Shown here: piece after piece, positions 1 to 12,723 of the stretch
How positions within the stretch are numbered: position 1 is the first letter of the stretch
Layout of the letters: every line of letters begins with the position of its first letter
From: Octopus sinensis
Lineage: Eukaryota
Assembly (NCBI RefSeq): GCF_006345805.1
Contig: NC_043000.1
Coordinates: forward strand, 52,576,001-52,640,000
DNA length: 64,000 nt
Direction of reading: 5' to 3'
Made by a program: the position numbers and the translations under genes
Notes under the pieces: generated by a model
The model's database searches: none
The model's input: the letters and a program-made list of their open reading frames with translations, nothing else
Told to the model about the DNA's origin: nothing

Positions 1-260
1 ATTTCATGAGCAACTCTTCACAAGGCTGAGCCTATGGCGGTGTCGATTGATGGTGCTTCGTGAAGGAGTAAGTTTTGTGATTGGCTGTTGTTCAGCCATT
101 CCAACCCTCATCTTCTACAACAGGTCTCCTCTAACTTCATTTACTTTTGAACCTGGTGTGACTTTCCTTGAAGCATTTGAACCAGTTTTGTGTCATATAT
201 TCGTTGACAGTTCCTAGGGTTGCCATATTGTTAATTTCTTTTATAGCCTCTCTTGCACGC
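1..260 (-). mobile_element. Decayed mariner transposase N-terminal (HTH) fragment
   Basis: Minus-strand translation GTVNEYMTQNWFKCFKESHTRFKSK*..RPVVEDE..MAEQQP..STINRH resembles the mariner HTH region (W-F-x-x-F..R-S-G-R-P). It contains stops and frameshifts. Confidence 0.6.
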
Positions 261-1544
261 ACCAACCCTTTTTCACACGTAACGTAAAATGGCTGCAAGG
301 GCAATTTTTTACCACTGATCATCAAAACTATAAAATAAAGAACACACAGACACTCATTATAACCAGTTTTATTCAATCTGTGTAATCTAGGCATTGTTAT
401 TGTATCAAGGTATCAGTCACTGCGGTTCGCCTAGTTATTACAGTGATATATTATGTGTATCATGTGTTTCATCCTATAATATTTCATGGAGCAAATGACT
501 TATTATTGTACTCTGGCTGTATTTCAGTTTTATTTAGATTGCTACTCTTACTTTCTACATTAAGTAATGCCATTCTGTAGTGCACCTTCGTGGTCTATAT
601 TCCAAATGCCCTGACAAGGATCTACGTCCCTTTTGCTGTAAGTCTAACACATTAGCAGTGCATTAATACATCGAAAGAAGTCCTAACTATGGTGCGCACA
701 AGGAACTTTAAATGTAGATACTACAAATAAGCTAATCTATGCTGCATACTAAACACACAGTAAAGAGGTTTTAGTATTGCTATTCTGTCGAGCATGCAGT
801 TAAGTCAAATTTTAAGAATTAATCTCATTTCTCAGTGTTATTTGATGTCTCTCATATAAACCTTATACACAGCAAGTTATTTCCTCCAATTTCAGCAGAC
901 GCAAGCATATATATACTTACGCTGATGAGGCATGATAAGCTATAAAACATTCTCAATTATCAAAGTTGCTGGTTCTGCGAAAGAATATATTTCCTAATAA
1001 ATGCTTTTAACCCTTGTGTGTTTGTTCCTGCTGTTGAAATACAAAGGAAATAATAAAAGCTAGCCTTGAAACATAAAAATGAACCCTTTTATAAAGTAAT
1101 TATCCTACAAACGTCTCCTAGTAGTAAACGATACTCGTATTATCATTTATAGTCTACTACATTGCCTCCATTGTTAATGCGGCCCCAAGCAAAAGACAAT
1201 GACTTTTACTGTGGGTTTATAACATGCTGCCTTACTTAATATATAGAAACAGACGTGCATAGCTAATATTTTGATGTACGTATTAGTAATAATGTACGTT
1301 TATGCTACAAACTTGGTATATTATTTAGGAGAATCGTAATAATCTCTGAATAAATATTTTATGACACACTTTGTCGAGGAACGCAAATTGACTCGTAAAT
1401 AATATAACATAAATGTGATATAAACACAGCAACAGCAGCCAGTATACGAAATCTAATTAAAAGTAGAGAATATGGTATACGTTATATAACTACTCAATGT
1501 AAAATCGATAAATCTATTATTATATCATTATCACATAAATATTC

Positions 1545-2210
1545 ACATGTCCAAACTCTAAAGGCGAATTATAACTAATGATACGAGTCAAACTTAACGA
1601 GTTTTCAAACCTCATTAATAAAATCAATAATGATAAATCTGACAAAAAATGTAGCTGTATGAAAAACCTTTCAGATATTGGATATTAATTTATATGCCGA
1701 TGTGTGGAATTGCACATATCACAACATAGTACAAACGAAATACCTATGAATACATTCTAATGATAAGAAAACATTTATAAAACTAGAATACAAATGACAT
1801 GTCAACTTCAAGAAAATTCCTAAAAATATACATAATCACCTCCGAATATAAAAATTTTCGCAAATGCATAAAGAAATTGCAACCTAAACAATTATTCAAT
1901 TGTATAGCGTAATTTCTAGATTAAAACATTATGAATACAACATAATTTTATTCAATCCATGAGCAATAGCTAAACTATTGTCAACATATTATTAACGGAT
2001 ATTAAACGACGAGGATTGCAACATACAAGACATCATCAAATGAATTATCATACAGAGGTGTGTAACAATATTTTCAATCGAAGGGAATAGAATTCTTTGG
2101 GGAAGACATCAAAGAACATTTGAAATAGAATCTGTATTAAAATTCACTTTACAATCTATAAATATATCCATGAATTCAATCAAAGTTTAACTAGAATTCA
2201 AGACAACGTG
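1545..2210 (+). mobile_element. Possible highly decayed Penelope-like GIY-YIG/terminal relic
   Basis: Fragmentary motifs FTCPNSK..KKCSC and a KTR..HMST-like segment occur in the order expected for the Penelope C-terminus. Many stops. Confidence 0.3.
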
Positions 2211-2237
2211 ATCGTTACACACAAACACGTACACATA

Positions 2238-2412
2238 TCTATATATATAAAACTCAGGATGGGTGTCTATGTGCCCGTATGTGTGCATCACTAAAACTCA
2301 AGAATTACCCAACCAATTTCATTCATATTTTACACATGCCTAGGTGACATGGATTGCCATGGGCCCAAACATTTCAACTTCTTGCCTAATGCGAGCCCGG
2401 AGCAATCTGTTA
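2238..2412 (+). mobile_element. Short non-autonomous Helitron-like element (degenerate 3' end)
   Basis: Starts A|TCTATATATATAAAACT, the same 5' signature as the element at 16989. Ends near GCGAGCCCGGAGCAATCTGTTAT, a decayed version of the hairpin + CTAG terminus. Confidence 0.45.
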
Positions 2413-2530
2413 TCTCTCACAAAGTTTCAGTAAAAAGTGTCAAAAGTGAAACAATAAATTCTCTGTTGTAATGTGATATGATAATTTCACTGTTATATGG
2501 TTTCAATTTCAATTATTTTCACTATGTATG

Positions 2531-2535
<5 letters not shown>

Positions 2536-2580
<45 letters not shown>

Positions 2581-2603
2581 ATATATATTATATATATATA
2601 TAT

Positions 2604-2635
<32 letters not shown>

Positions 2636-2780
2636 ATAATATATATGTATATATGTATGTATAAAAAATGTAATATACAAAAAAATATCTGTAAATATAA
2701 ACCATCCGATTTTCTGAGTACCTCATTTCTTCTAATATAAAATACCTCTACATCATCTCCAAACCTTCCAATATGTATAC

Positions 2781-2848
<68 letters not shown>

Positions 2849-2854
2849 ATATAC

Positions 2855-2905
<51 letters not shown>

Positions 2906-2933
2906 CGTATATATATATATATATAATATATAT

Positions 2934-2984
<51 letters not shown>

Positions 2985-3000
2985 GCATATATACATATAA
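2536..3000. repeat. Interrupted (TA)n microsatellite block
   Basis: Directly visible. It explains the Y/I-rich ORFs listed here. Confidence 0.95.
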
Positions 3001-3007
3001 TAATAAT

Positions 3008-3251
3008 TTCAGGGAATATTATTCCAAACTTACAGGGCAAAATTCAATTTAGAAATACTAAATCAAATTTGATAAAATATATAACATATATATATAAATT
3101 AGGAAAAATACCTTTTATCAATTCAAATATTCCTTTCTAGATATAATAGAAATATCCTTCAAAGATGAATTCAAAAAGAGTGGTTCTATTTTACCTGTAA
3201 CTTTCATAACCGACGATAATGAGGGTAATATCTCAGAAACGTTAGTTGTAA

Positions 3252-3345
<94 letters not shown>

Positions 3346-3553
3346 TTGAGGGAATATTATTCCTAACTTACAGGGAAAAATTCAATTTAGAAATACTACA
3401 TCAAATTTCACAAATTATATAATATATATATATAAATTAGAAAAACACCTTTTATCAATTCAAAATGAACAATTAAATTACACCATCTAGAAAATTACAT
3501 ATAAAAGAAATATTAAATATAAAATAATAAGCTTTAAAATATATTCCTTTCTA
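3008..3553 (+). repeat. Two tandem copies of a ~250-bp unit separated by (TAA)n; unit 1 ends in a decayed hammerhead-like motif
   Basis: 3008-3133 aligns with 3346-3470 and 3540-3553 (GAGGGAATATTATTCC.AACTTACAGGG..AAATTCAATTTAGAAATACTA). (TAA)n lies at 3255-3345. The motif TGAG-GGTAATAT-CTCA-GAAACGTT lies at 3220-3243. Confidence 0.75.
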
Positions 3554-3615
3554 AATGGCGGTGCTCCAGCATGGCGGCAGTCACATGCCTGAAGCAAGTA
3601 AAGCAAAAAGAAAAA
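3553..3615 (+). mobile_element. 3' tail fragment of tRNA-derived SINE family 1
   Basis: GGCGGTGCTCCAGCATGGCGGCAGTC..TGAAGCAAGTAAA matches the reverse complement of the SINE end at 34989-35040. Confidence 0.65.
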
Positions 3616-3662
3616 CATGCCATTTTAATCCCGAGTGAGGCCGGGGATTTCTGTTAGTATAA

Positions 3663-3768
<106 letters not shown>

Positions 3769-5104
3769 AAATATGCGTATATGTATACGTGTAAATATAT
3801 TCATATGTACATATATGTAGACGCACACGCACAAATACCTACGTATCCATACACACACACACATATATATATTATATTTTTTTTATATGATAGAAACATA
3901 TATTGATTAAATACGCTGTTTCAAAAAGTATATATATATAAATTTTCACATGTATAATGCTTGTGATATTTAACATTTAGAGGGTTCCGAATTGGAGGCA
4001 CTTCTCAATACATACGGAGCGTGTTTTTCTATGTGGATAAGAGTTTATATATACTTATATATACACATATACACTTACGTACAAAGTTAGACACACATAC
4101 ATATATAAAAACAGATACTCACATAAACGTATACACTCACATACGTATACACAGTAATATACACACACATTCACGACTACTTAGAACCATAGACAAACAC
4201 AAATATTTTAATACTAATAAGCATTAAGTTTTCTAGAAGTTGAAATGTGGTTCTCTTATTCTTTAACTTTCCAAATGTGTTAGTAAGTAGCATAGAACAC
4301 ATTAAGAAACCTATGGGATACGTATTTAAATAACAAAAGAAAAATTAGATACACGTTCACATAATGTTTGAAAATCAATTGTTTGATTAATTGAGAAAAG
4401 TGGTTTTTGATATATTGTCCGAGATATTTATCATATTTTCCCAAACTCTCTTACAAATATTCACAATAAAAACTACCAATTAACATAATGATTTAGCATC
4501 ATTTGGTGTATGGAATCGTATCTGAATTTCAATTAAACAATACAGCTGAATATATTAACTTACTCATTGGAATCTAACTTAAATTTATTTTCCCACATTG
4601 CATCATAATTCTTAGTGATACAATTTATAGCAAAAGGTTTCGCTGTCTGATCTAGCGTTTACCTCAATTCATTATAATTCATATACAACGAAATCATGGA
4701 TATTGAAATTCGAAGAAATTCGAATTGCTACTTCATTTATATTCAGCATATCATATTACATCTGAATATATCTAAATTACTGAATGCTATAGATGTTAAA
4801 TTTATCTGGCATTGTAAATTAATTACTGTAATAGGCAAAGCCAATATTACACTTTGACTCCGAGATATTTATCAGTGTACCGGATGATTTATTTTCTTAC
4901 AATTACCAGCAACACAATACACCCTTTCCTCTCTAAAATATATTCTGATTATTTTGTTTCATGCCTTAAACAAAAATACATTTATTAACGGCAAAAACCT
5001 ATTACAGATTTCTAAATTAATAACCTATAATAGGTTTCATCAAACGATTGAATTAATATAACTTCGCATTGGCTGTTGTTTTCTTAGATTTTACACTGAT
5101 TTAA

Positions 5105-5176
5105 ACAACAATAACAACAACAACAACTAAAACTACTACTATACTACTATTACTTCTACTACTAATACTGCTGCTG

Positions 5177-5216
<40 letters not shown>

Positions 5217-5240
5217 CACCACCACTACTACTACAACTAC

Positions 5241-5284
<44 letters not shown>
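5105..5284 (+). repeat. Compound trinucleotide microsatellite (CAA)(CTA)(CCA)(TAA)n
   Basis: Directly visible. The (TAA)n part abuts the 5' end of a truncated LINE. Confidence 0.95.
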
Positions 5285-5287
<3 letters not shown>

Positions 5288-5929
5288 CAAGAAACAATAA
5301 ATCATATTATCTCTAGCTGCCCAGTCCAGGCTAAGAAGGAATATATTCACAGACATGACAGAGTTGGAACCTACATACACTAGAAGCTATGCCAACATTA
5401 TGGAATAACAACAGAAAAAAGATGGTATAGGCACACACCAGAAAAGGTCACAGAAAACGAGAAAGCAACCATACTCTGGGATATGCCGATACACACAGAT
5501 AGAGAAATTAAGGCCAACAGACCAGATATAGTTGTCAGAGATCATGAAGGAAAAAAATGCTTTCTAATTGATGTATCAATACCGGCAGATGACAACGTGT
5601 CTCTAAAAGAAATGGAGAAACTCTCAAAATACAAGACCTGGAAATAGAAGTAACTAGAATGTGGAATCTGAAAACAGAAACAATTCCTATCATAGTAGGT
5701 GCATTAGGCATGATAAAAAAATATTCAGACAAATACATAACAAAAACACCAGGACTTACAAACATATATAACATACAGAAAATTGCACTACTAGGCACTG
5801 CACACATCCTACGCAGAACACTTTCCATATAATAACCATCAGAGCATCACAACAAATCACAGCACATACCCAAGGCACACAGAGCTGCGCTCGGTAGTGA
5901 AGTGAAAGCACGCTATAAAAATAAAACTA

Positions 5930-5933
<4 letters not shown>
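5285..5933 (+). mobile_element. 5'-truncated R4/Dong-clade RLE LINE (family 2): end of zinc knuckle, RLE and 3' UTR
   Basis: Translates ETINHIISSCP..RHDRVG..ILWDMPIHTDREIKANRPDIVV..LIDVSIP..EKLSKY..LGTAHILRRTLSI*, with one stop and one frameshift. Flanked by (TAA)n on both sides. Confidence 0.9.
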
Positions 5934-5961
<28 letters not shown>

Positions 5962-6252
5962 GCTCCGGGCTGAATAACAACATGGATGTTCCCTGGGAGC
6001 CTCTCTCCAAAAAACGAATTTAATCCAACAACATCGTTACAATGGAAGAAAGGTTCCACAAAATATCTTTTCCAAATTTTCTTTTAAGGCGAAATAACTA
6101 AAAAGTCCGAACTATTATTGCCATATATAGTATGGTTTTCTTTCTTTTATGCATAATATTTCCATGTGACATGCATAAGAAATAGAAGCGAACATCAGAG
6201 CTCTTGAAAGACAGTAAGTACATAAATTGATTAATTAATTAATTAATTAAAT

Positions 6253-9200
6253 AAGTATACATGCAACTGTTTATGCATACACGTACACATTTTAATTATA
6301 AAGTATACATGCAACTGTTTGTGCATACATGTACACATTTTAATTATAAAGCATAAATAATGCTTACACGCGCTCACACGTACACACAGAAAGAAAAACC
6401 ACGTTACGCGGACGAAAACAAAACAAAAACAAAGCGATTTTTCACGAACAAACGCAAAAAAGAGAAAATTGGTCACTGAATTTAGAAAGTCACTACACAG
6501 TTATGCCCGGAAACATGACTACCAAAATAAATAGAGGCGAATTTCGTTCTGTAAGTCTTATGCGAGTTCGATATGAACAATATATTAATTCGGAGAATTC
6601 AGAAGCGGTGTTTTGTCAAAAAATTGACCCTGTCACCGTCACAGAAGCGGCGTCTTGTCAAAAAGTTGACTCTGAAAAAATGGACCCCTCTGATGTCGCC
6701 GTCAATCATTTAATGAAAACAAGCCAAAAATCATGCCGGATCGGTCATCGCCCGGGACAACAAGGACCGCGTTACCCAGTAGGGAACCAGACTGGGGTCG
6801 AAAAGTTTGCTGCTGGAACAAACTCTCAAAAAGACGATCTACCAGGTGACCAGAACCAGAATACTTCTAACTCTGGACTTGTAGTGACACCACCAAAAAC
6901 ACCACCTAAAGCAAAACGTATAAAATGGACCAGAGGGACTATAGAGATGTGTTGAAAGCTTTTTATACAGCCCAACTAAACCCAAACAATAACCTCAGTG
7001 TACAAACATACATCTCATGGAGAAATTCAGTAGGCAATGGCGTACGTAGATATATAGACGCAAATAAATTAAGTAATGTACGCAGAGATATAATTAAAAA
7101 CAAAAGACTAACTGACGCTGAAATTGACAAAATTAGGACACTAATAGCTCATGGTAGACCAAAAGAAAACAGCAACAATGTAGACGAAATAGGTAACAGT
7201 AGCACAGAAGCCAGTGTACAAGCGGCAAATCAACTTCCCAATGGGGAAGTTAACAAAGAATAGCGAAGACGAGAGATTTGAAAAAAGAGGAGAACGTAGA
7301 CCTTCCTCAAGAAAACCAAAATAGATATGACATAGAATTTGAGGTGAATAATAGAGAAAAGATTATGGAAGCAAAAGTGGACATTATGAGAGAACTCGGC
7401 AAGATTGAGCTCACTGACATGGTTAATAGAGAACCACTACCAAAGTTTTCAAATGGCACAAGAAATAACAACACAATCATGACATATAACGTTGCCCTAG
7501 GACAGATCTTAAGAAATAAGGGGAATGATTTGACAACCTTAAATAATCTCATTTATTCCACTGCTAAAGTAGTAACTACCCAACTAGGTATTAAGATGAC
7601 AAAGAAAAAGGCCAGGCATGTCAATGAACCTCCTACGTGGAAAGTAGCGATACAAAAAGAGATTGAATCTCTGCGGGCGGATGTTTCAGTTCTCGATGAG
7701 CTTGCTAGAGGAGTGAATATTAAGCCGAGAAAAGCTAGAAAAATCAAGCAAAAATATAAAATCAAAGATCTCATAAACCTCCCTGCAACTAACGAACTGT
7801 TGAAACAACGGATACAGTTGAAAGCTCAACGGCTTAGAAGGTATGACAAAACAAAAGACAAATTTTATCGACAAAATAAATTTTTTAAGACAGATGCAAA
7901 GAAATTTTATAGGGAAATTGGCAAAAATAAAATACACATAGAAGATCCACCTAAGATTGAGGAAGTGGAGGAGTTCTGGAAGAAGGTATGGAGCAACGAA
8001 AAAGAGTTTAATGCTGAGGCTGACTGGATAGAACGTGAGAAAGAGAGACTGGATGAACTTGAAGAACAGAAATGGGAAGCAATAGGAATAGAGGAGCTAA
8101 GGTGTGTCCTTAGGAAGGCTCATAAATGGAAAACCCCAGGACTGGATCGGATCCCTAACTTCTGGCTGAATTGTTTGACAGAGGTACACGAACATCTCGC
8201 TGCATCTCTGTCTGATGTCATTCAGAACCCAGAGCAAATACCTGCTTGGCTGACTGAAGGAACCACCTACCTATTACCTAAAACCGAAGACACAAAAAAC
8301 CCAAAGAATTACCGGCCAATAACATGTCTCAACACCACCTACAAAATCCTCACATCCATAATAACGGAGAGAATGTACGCTTTCCTTGAACAAAATTCTA
8401 TCCTTCCACAAGCTCAAAAAGGTTGTAAAAGAAACTCTTATGGGTGCAAAGACCAATTGCTCATAAACAGAATGATTGTAGAGAATTGCCGGAGCAAAAA
8501 CAAAAACCTGAGTATGGCATGGATAGACTACAGGAAAGCGTATGACAGTGTCCCACATAAATGGATACTCAAGGCCCTTGAGATATACAAGATCTCCCCT
8601 GTCGTCTCAAAATTCTTAGAGAATAGCATGACCATGTGGAACACACGTCTCTTTCTAAGCCATAGTAATGGGATGAGCCAGTCCAACAGCATCAACATCA
8701 AACGAGGCATCTTTCAAGGTGACTCCCTCTCTCCATTACTTTTTTGCATGGCACTGATCCCACTCTCAAACGAATTGGATAGTGCCAGATATGGGTACAA
8801 AGTTTTTAGCAAGTTAATAAACGACCTTTTTTATATGGACGATCTAAAGATGTTTGCCAAGAATGACCAAGAGCTAGAAGGGCTGCTAACAACTGTTAAA
8901 GAGTTTAGCAATGATATCGGAATGGATTTTGGCCTTGATAAGTGTGCTAAAGCAACTTTTGTAAGAGGCAAGCTCAGGCAAACAGCTTCTGTTAAATTAG
9001 ATATTGACACTACCATCAAGGAACTTGACCCACAAGAAAGTTACAAATACCTAGGAATCAACGAAGGAGATGGTATACATCATGCTACTATGAAGGAAAA
9101 ATTAAGAAAGGAGTACTATAGGAGAATAAGGCTTGTACTGAAGACTGAACTCAACTCCAAAAATTGCATTGAGGCCATTAACACCCTGGCACTTCCAGTA

Positions 9201-10507
9201 GTCCAGTACAGTTTTAACATCATTAACTGGAACCTTACGGAACTCCAACGCTTGGACAGGAAGACAAGAAAGTTACTGACATCCAGGAGCATGCACCACC
9301 CTAAGGCAGATGTAGACCGCTTGTACCTACCTAGAAGCAGCGGGGGGAGAGGAATGATGCAATTGGAGCTGTGCTATAAGACCTCTACTGTAGGAATGAA
9401 CAGGTACCTATCTAGTACAAAAGACTGGATGCTGGACTTGTGTGTGAACACGAAAGCAGCAAAAAGCTGCATTCTATTGTCAAGGAAGCTTATAAGTTCG
9501 AAAGGGAACTAGGCATTAACCTTGAATCAGGTGAAGAGCCAGAAACAACTGCTACCAAGCAAGCAAAGCGAATCAGGCAGACTGCAAAAAAGAATGGGCA
9601 GAATCAAATTGAGAGGCGGTGGAGCCAGAAGCCCCTGCATGGACAATACATTCTCCGAAGCCAAAATGCTGATGTAGACCAAGCAACAACCCATCAGTGG
9701 CTGAAGAGTTCTGGATTGAAAGCAGAGACTGAAGGCTTCATAATGGCAGCACAAGATCAAAGCTTGTTTACCAGAAATTACCAGGCTAACGTTCTCCGAA
9801 ACGGTACTGACCCTAAATGCAGATTCTGTGACACATTTCGCGAAACAATAGACCATCTCGTTTCGGGATGTCCTGTGCTGACACCAAACGAATACAAAAA
9901 TCGCCACGATAGGGTAGGACAGTATATACATTGGAAGATATGTAAACACTCCTGCTAACTGGTATGAACACCATCCTCAGCCAGTTGTTGAAGGTAAAGG
10001 TGTCACCATCCTCTGGGATTTTCCAGTCAACACTGACAGAACGATCAAGGCTAATCGACCAGACATAATTGTTAAAGACAGGGAAGAATATACCTGCAGA
10101 CTAATAGAAGTAAGCGTCCCCACTGATAAAAATGTATCTGTCAAGGAATTTGACAAACTTAGTAAATATAAGGACCTGGAAATCGAAATACAGAGGATGT
10201 GGAATCTTAAAACAAAAACTGTTCCTGTTATTGTAGGTGCCCTAGGTATGATAAAAAAGGGATGTCAGAAAACCATGTCTCAAGGAAATCCAAAAGATTG
10301 TGCTAACAAGTACTGCCCACATCCTTAGAAAAACCCTATCAATGTAAATGTTTGTGTTTGTATTACATGGAGATATTTCTCTACTTCCCCTCCCCAAGCT
10401 TTCAGCTATATTTCAACAACTCTTAACCTTCACTTGCCCTAGGGCGCTGGGTGTGCCCCGGCAGGTGATTGCATCAAACATGCAGATTAAAAGTAAATGA
10501 CAATGAT
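6253..10507 (+). mobile_element. Full-length R4/Dong-clade RLE-type non-LTR retrotransposon, copy A (family 1)
   Basis: Near-identical to 41861-46107 over its whole length, with unrelated flanks. Single-ORF architecture. 3' end ...GACAATGA followed by (TAA)n. Confidence 0.95.
6503..10347 (+). pseudogene. Frameshifted Dong-like polyprotein (Myb-like, RT, CCHC knuckle, restriction-like endonuclease)
   Basis: ORF pieces at 6503, 6925, 7278 and 9440. RT motifs NYRPITCL, QKGC, IDYRKAYDSV, GIFQGDSLSP, FYMDDLK, YKYLG. Knuckle C-X2-C-X8-H-X4-C (CRFC..DHLVSGC). RLE motifs RHD, RPDIIV..IEVS..KY. Five frame-breaking lesions. Confidence 0.92.
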
Positions 10508-10533
10508 AATATAATAATAATAATAATAATAAT

Positions 10534-10914
10534 TGCCCTGATGCTATACTAGACAGTGACTCTCATGGCTTTTAATCTTAACTGATTGGAAGTGTCATCA
10601 TGGACATATTTTGTGTTGGTGTTAAAGATGGACTACAGCAAATATTCTGCTCAATTCCAGAGATTTGCTGGTCAGTTGCTTGACCTTAATCAGTGACCAT
10701 GTCCCTTGTTGGCTGAGTATATGTGCATATTTGATCCTGAACATAGGTAGCGTGGGACCATCATAGCCATATGCTGAGAGGAATTCTTTGGGGTTTGAAT
10801 AATTAATCCCTGGAAACGTGAGTGTTTCGTTCATCATCGTTAAACAAACCTTATCTAGGAACCCTTTGAGCAGGATGCGCTACTCGACCTGAAGAAAATT
10901 CTAACCGGGTCCCA
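10534..10914. mobile_element. Unclassified interspersed element, copy 1 (truncated)
   Basis: Aligns with 28322-28695, starting TGCCCTGATGC directly after (TAA)n. Confidence 0.8.
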
Positions 10915-10964
10915 TATATTCTATGTGCGTATTTTCCGTATGTTGTGCTTCTATGTAATACTTG

Positions 10965-11026
<62 letters not shown>

Positions 11027-11419
11027 CTTATGACATGATGCAGTGAATGACCTTTCGAGTTCTAATATTATTCAAACATATTGGAAATGGAAACAAGTTA
11101 CAAAAAATACATTGCGGTATTTCTCTCGGCTCGTTACGATCGGTGTTAAAATCCAGTAAGGTAAAATTTTCTTTCCATCATTCCGAGGCTAATAAAGTAA
11201 CAGTGACGAATTTTGATTCTTTCAACAAAATTGTCGCTCTCCAAAATTATTTGTTTCGTTCTTAATCTTAAAGAAACACATACAGACAGACAAACAAACA
11301 GACAGGCACACACAAACACACGCACCACACATGTTGGATCTCAAGAGCATTTGAAACAAGAACGTGGTGATTCAGGATACACACATATGTATAAGCATAG
11401 ACACACACAACGAACATAT

Positions 11420-11422
11420 ATC

Positions 11423-11496
<74 letters not shown>

Positions 11497-11497
11497 G

Positions 11498-11555
<58 letters not shown>

Positions 11556-11576
11556 TTATCTATGTATCTATGTATC

Positions 11577-11607
<31 letters not shown>

Positions 11608-11610
11608 CTA

Positions 11611-11650
<40 letters not shown>
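11420..11650 (+). repeat. (TATC)n then (TA)n microsatellite
   Basis: Directly visible. Confidence 0.95.
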
Positions 11651-11654
<4 letters not shown>

Positions 11655-12101
11655 TATGTGTGTGTGTGTGTGTTTATTTCTTTTACTAGGCGCTAATGAT
11701 CCTCATGATCTGGGATAAGCATTGCTTTAAATTCATTTTCATTATTTATGCATCATAAGTACGTAATTATTGAGTTAATTATAGAATTCATTATGCATAC
11801 TTCTGATAAAATTGCTGCTGAAAGTAATTAAATTATGATCTGTCTGTGACATTTATGATTTTCAACTTGTTTGATCAATTATGTATACACATGCTGGTCT
11901 CATCCACTGGATTTACTTCAACTATAACATGCTGGAGTTTACCCACAGTTGTTAATACGAAGTCTTTAATTACAGTGGAATTATAATTCTTGATGTATTA
12001 TGCAACATTCCTTTTGATAACAATATACATACGCAGACACACAAGAATATGCATACATACATGCACACACATATATACATATATATACATACACACACAT
12101 G

Positions 12102-12135
<34 letters not shown>

Positions 12136-12286
12136 ATATACATATACATACACACATGTTTATATATACATTCTCATCTGTTCATCATGTAGATTTTATA
12201 TGACCAATTGTATCGCAGAATTATAAGTGCACGTGTGCCTGTGAAAATCTTAATCTTTTTACATTTTAGTCAAGGAGGACGTAGCA

Positions 12287-12723
12287 ACAGACGTTGATCT
12301 GTGGTACAAAGATTGCTTTCTAAGCATATGGATCCGGTTTTTTGTTCCATCATGTACTGTCTTGGGAAAGTGTCTACCTCTATAGCTCCAGGCTGACCAG
12401 AGCCTTGTGAGTGGACGCGAGACTCAGAAACGAAAGACTCCCGTTGTATATATATGTCCTGTGTGTGTGTATGCCTATCTATGTATATTTAGAGATATAT
12501 CTATATGCGTGTGTCCTTATGTTTTTATTTGTCCACACCACTGCCTGATGAACGTAGTTGTTTTTTGTTACATTCCAAGTATCTTAGCGGTTCGGTAGAA
12601 AGAAAGAAATAGAGTAAGTGCATGGTTTGAATAAAATATATATTGAGGTCGATTTATTCGACTAAATCTTTGAATGTACATAGCAGTGTGCAGTCCAATG
12701 GGTGAAAAAACAAGTGATAAAAG
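12287..12723 (+). mobile_element. Old full-length tRNA-derived SINE family 1
   Basis: Degenerate match, head to tail, to the reverse complement of 34989-35395, including the central microsatellite. Confidence 0.6.

Noticed and set aside
690-750. TNKLIYAA peptide similar to the Dong pre-RT motif
   Set aside because: A single short match with no supporting neighbours.
922-950. CTGATGA-GGC..GCT hammerhead-like motif
   Set aside because: No GAAA box and no stem I or III; at most a decayed relic.
4270-5095. Possible minus-strand Penelope RT relic
   Set aside because: Only vague motif echoes in very AT-rich sequence; not distinguishable from chance by eye.
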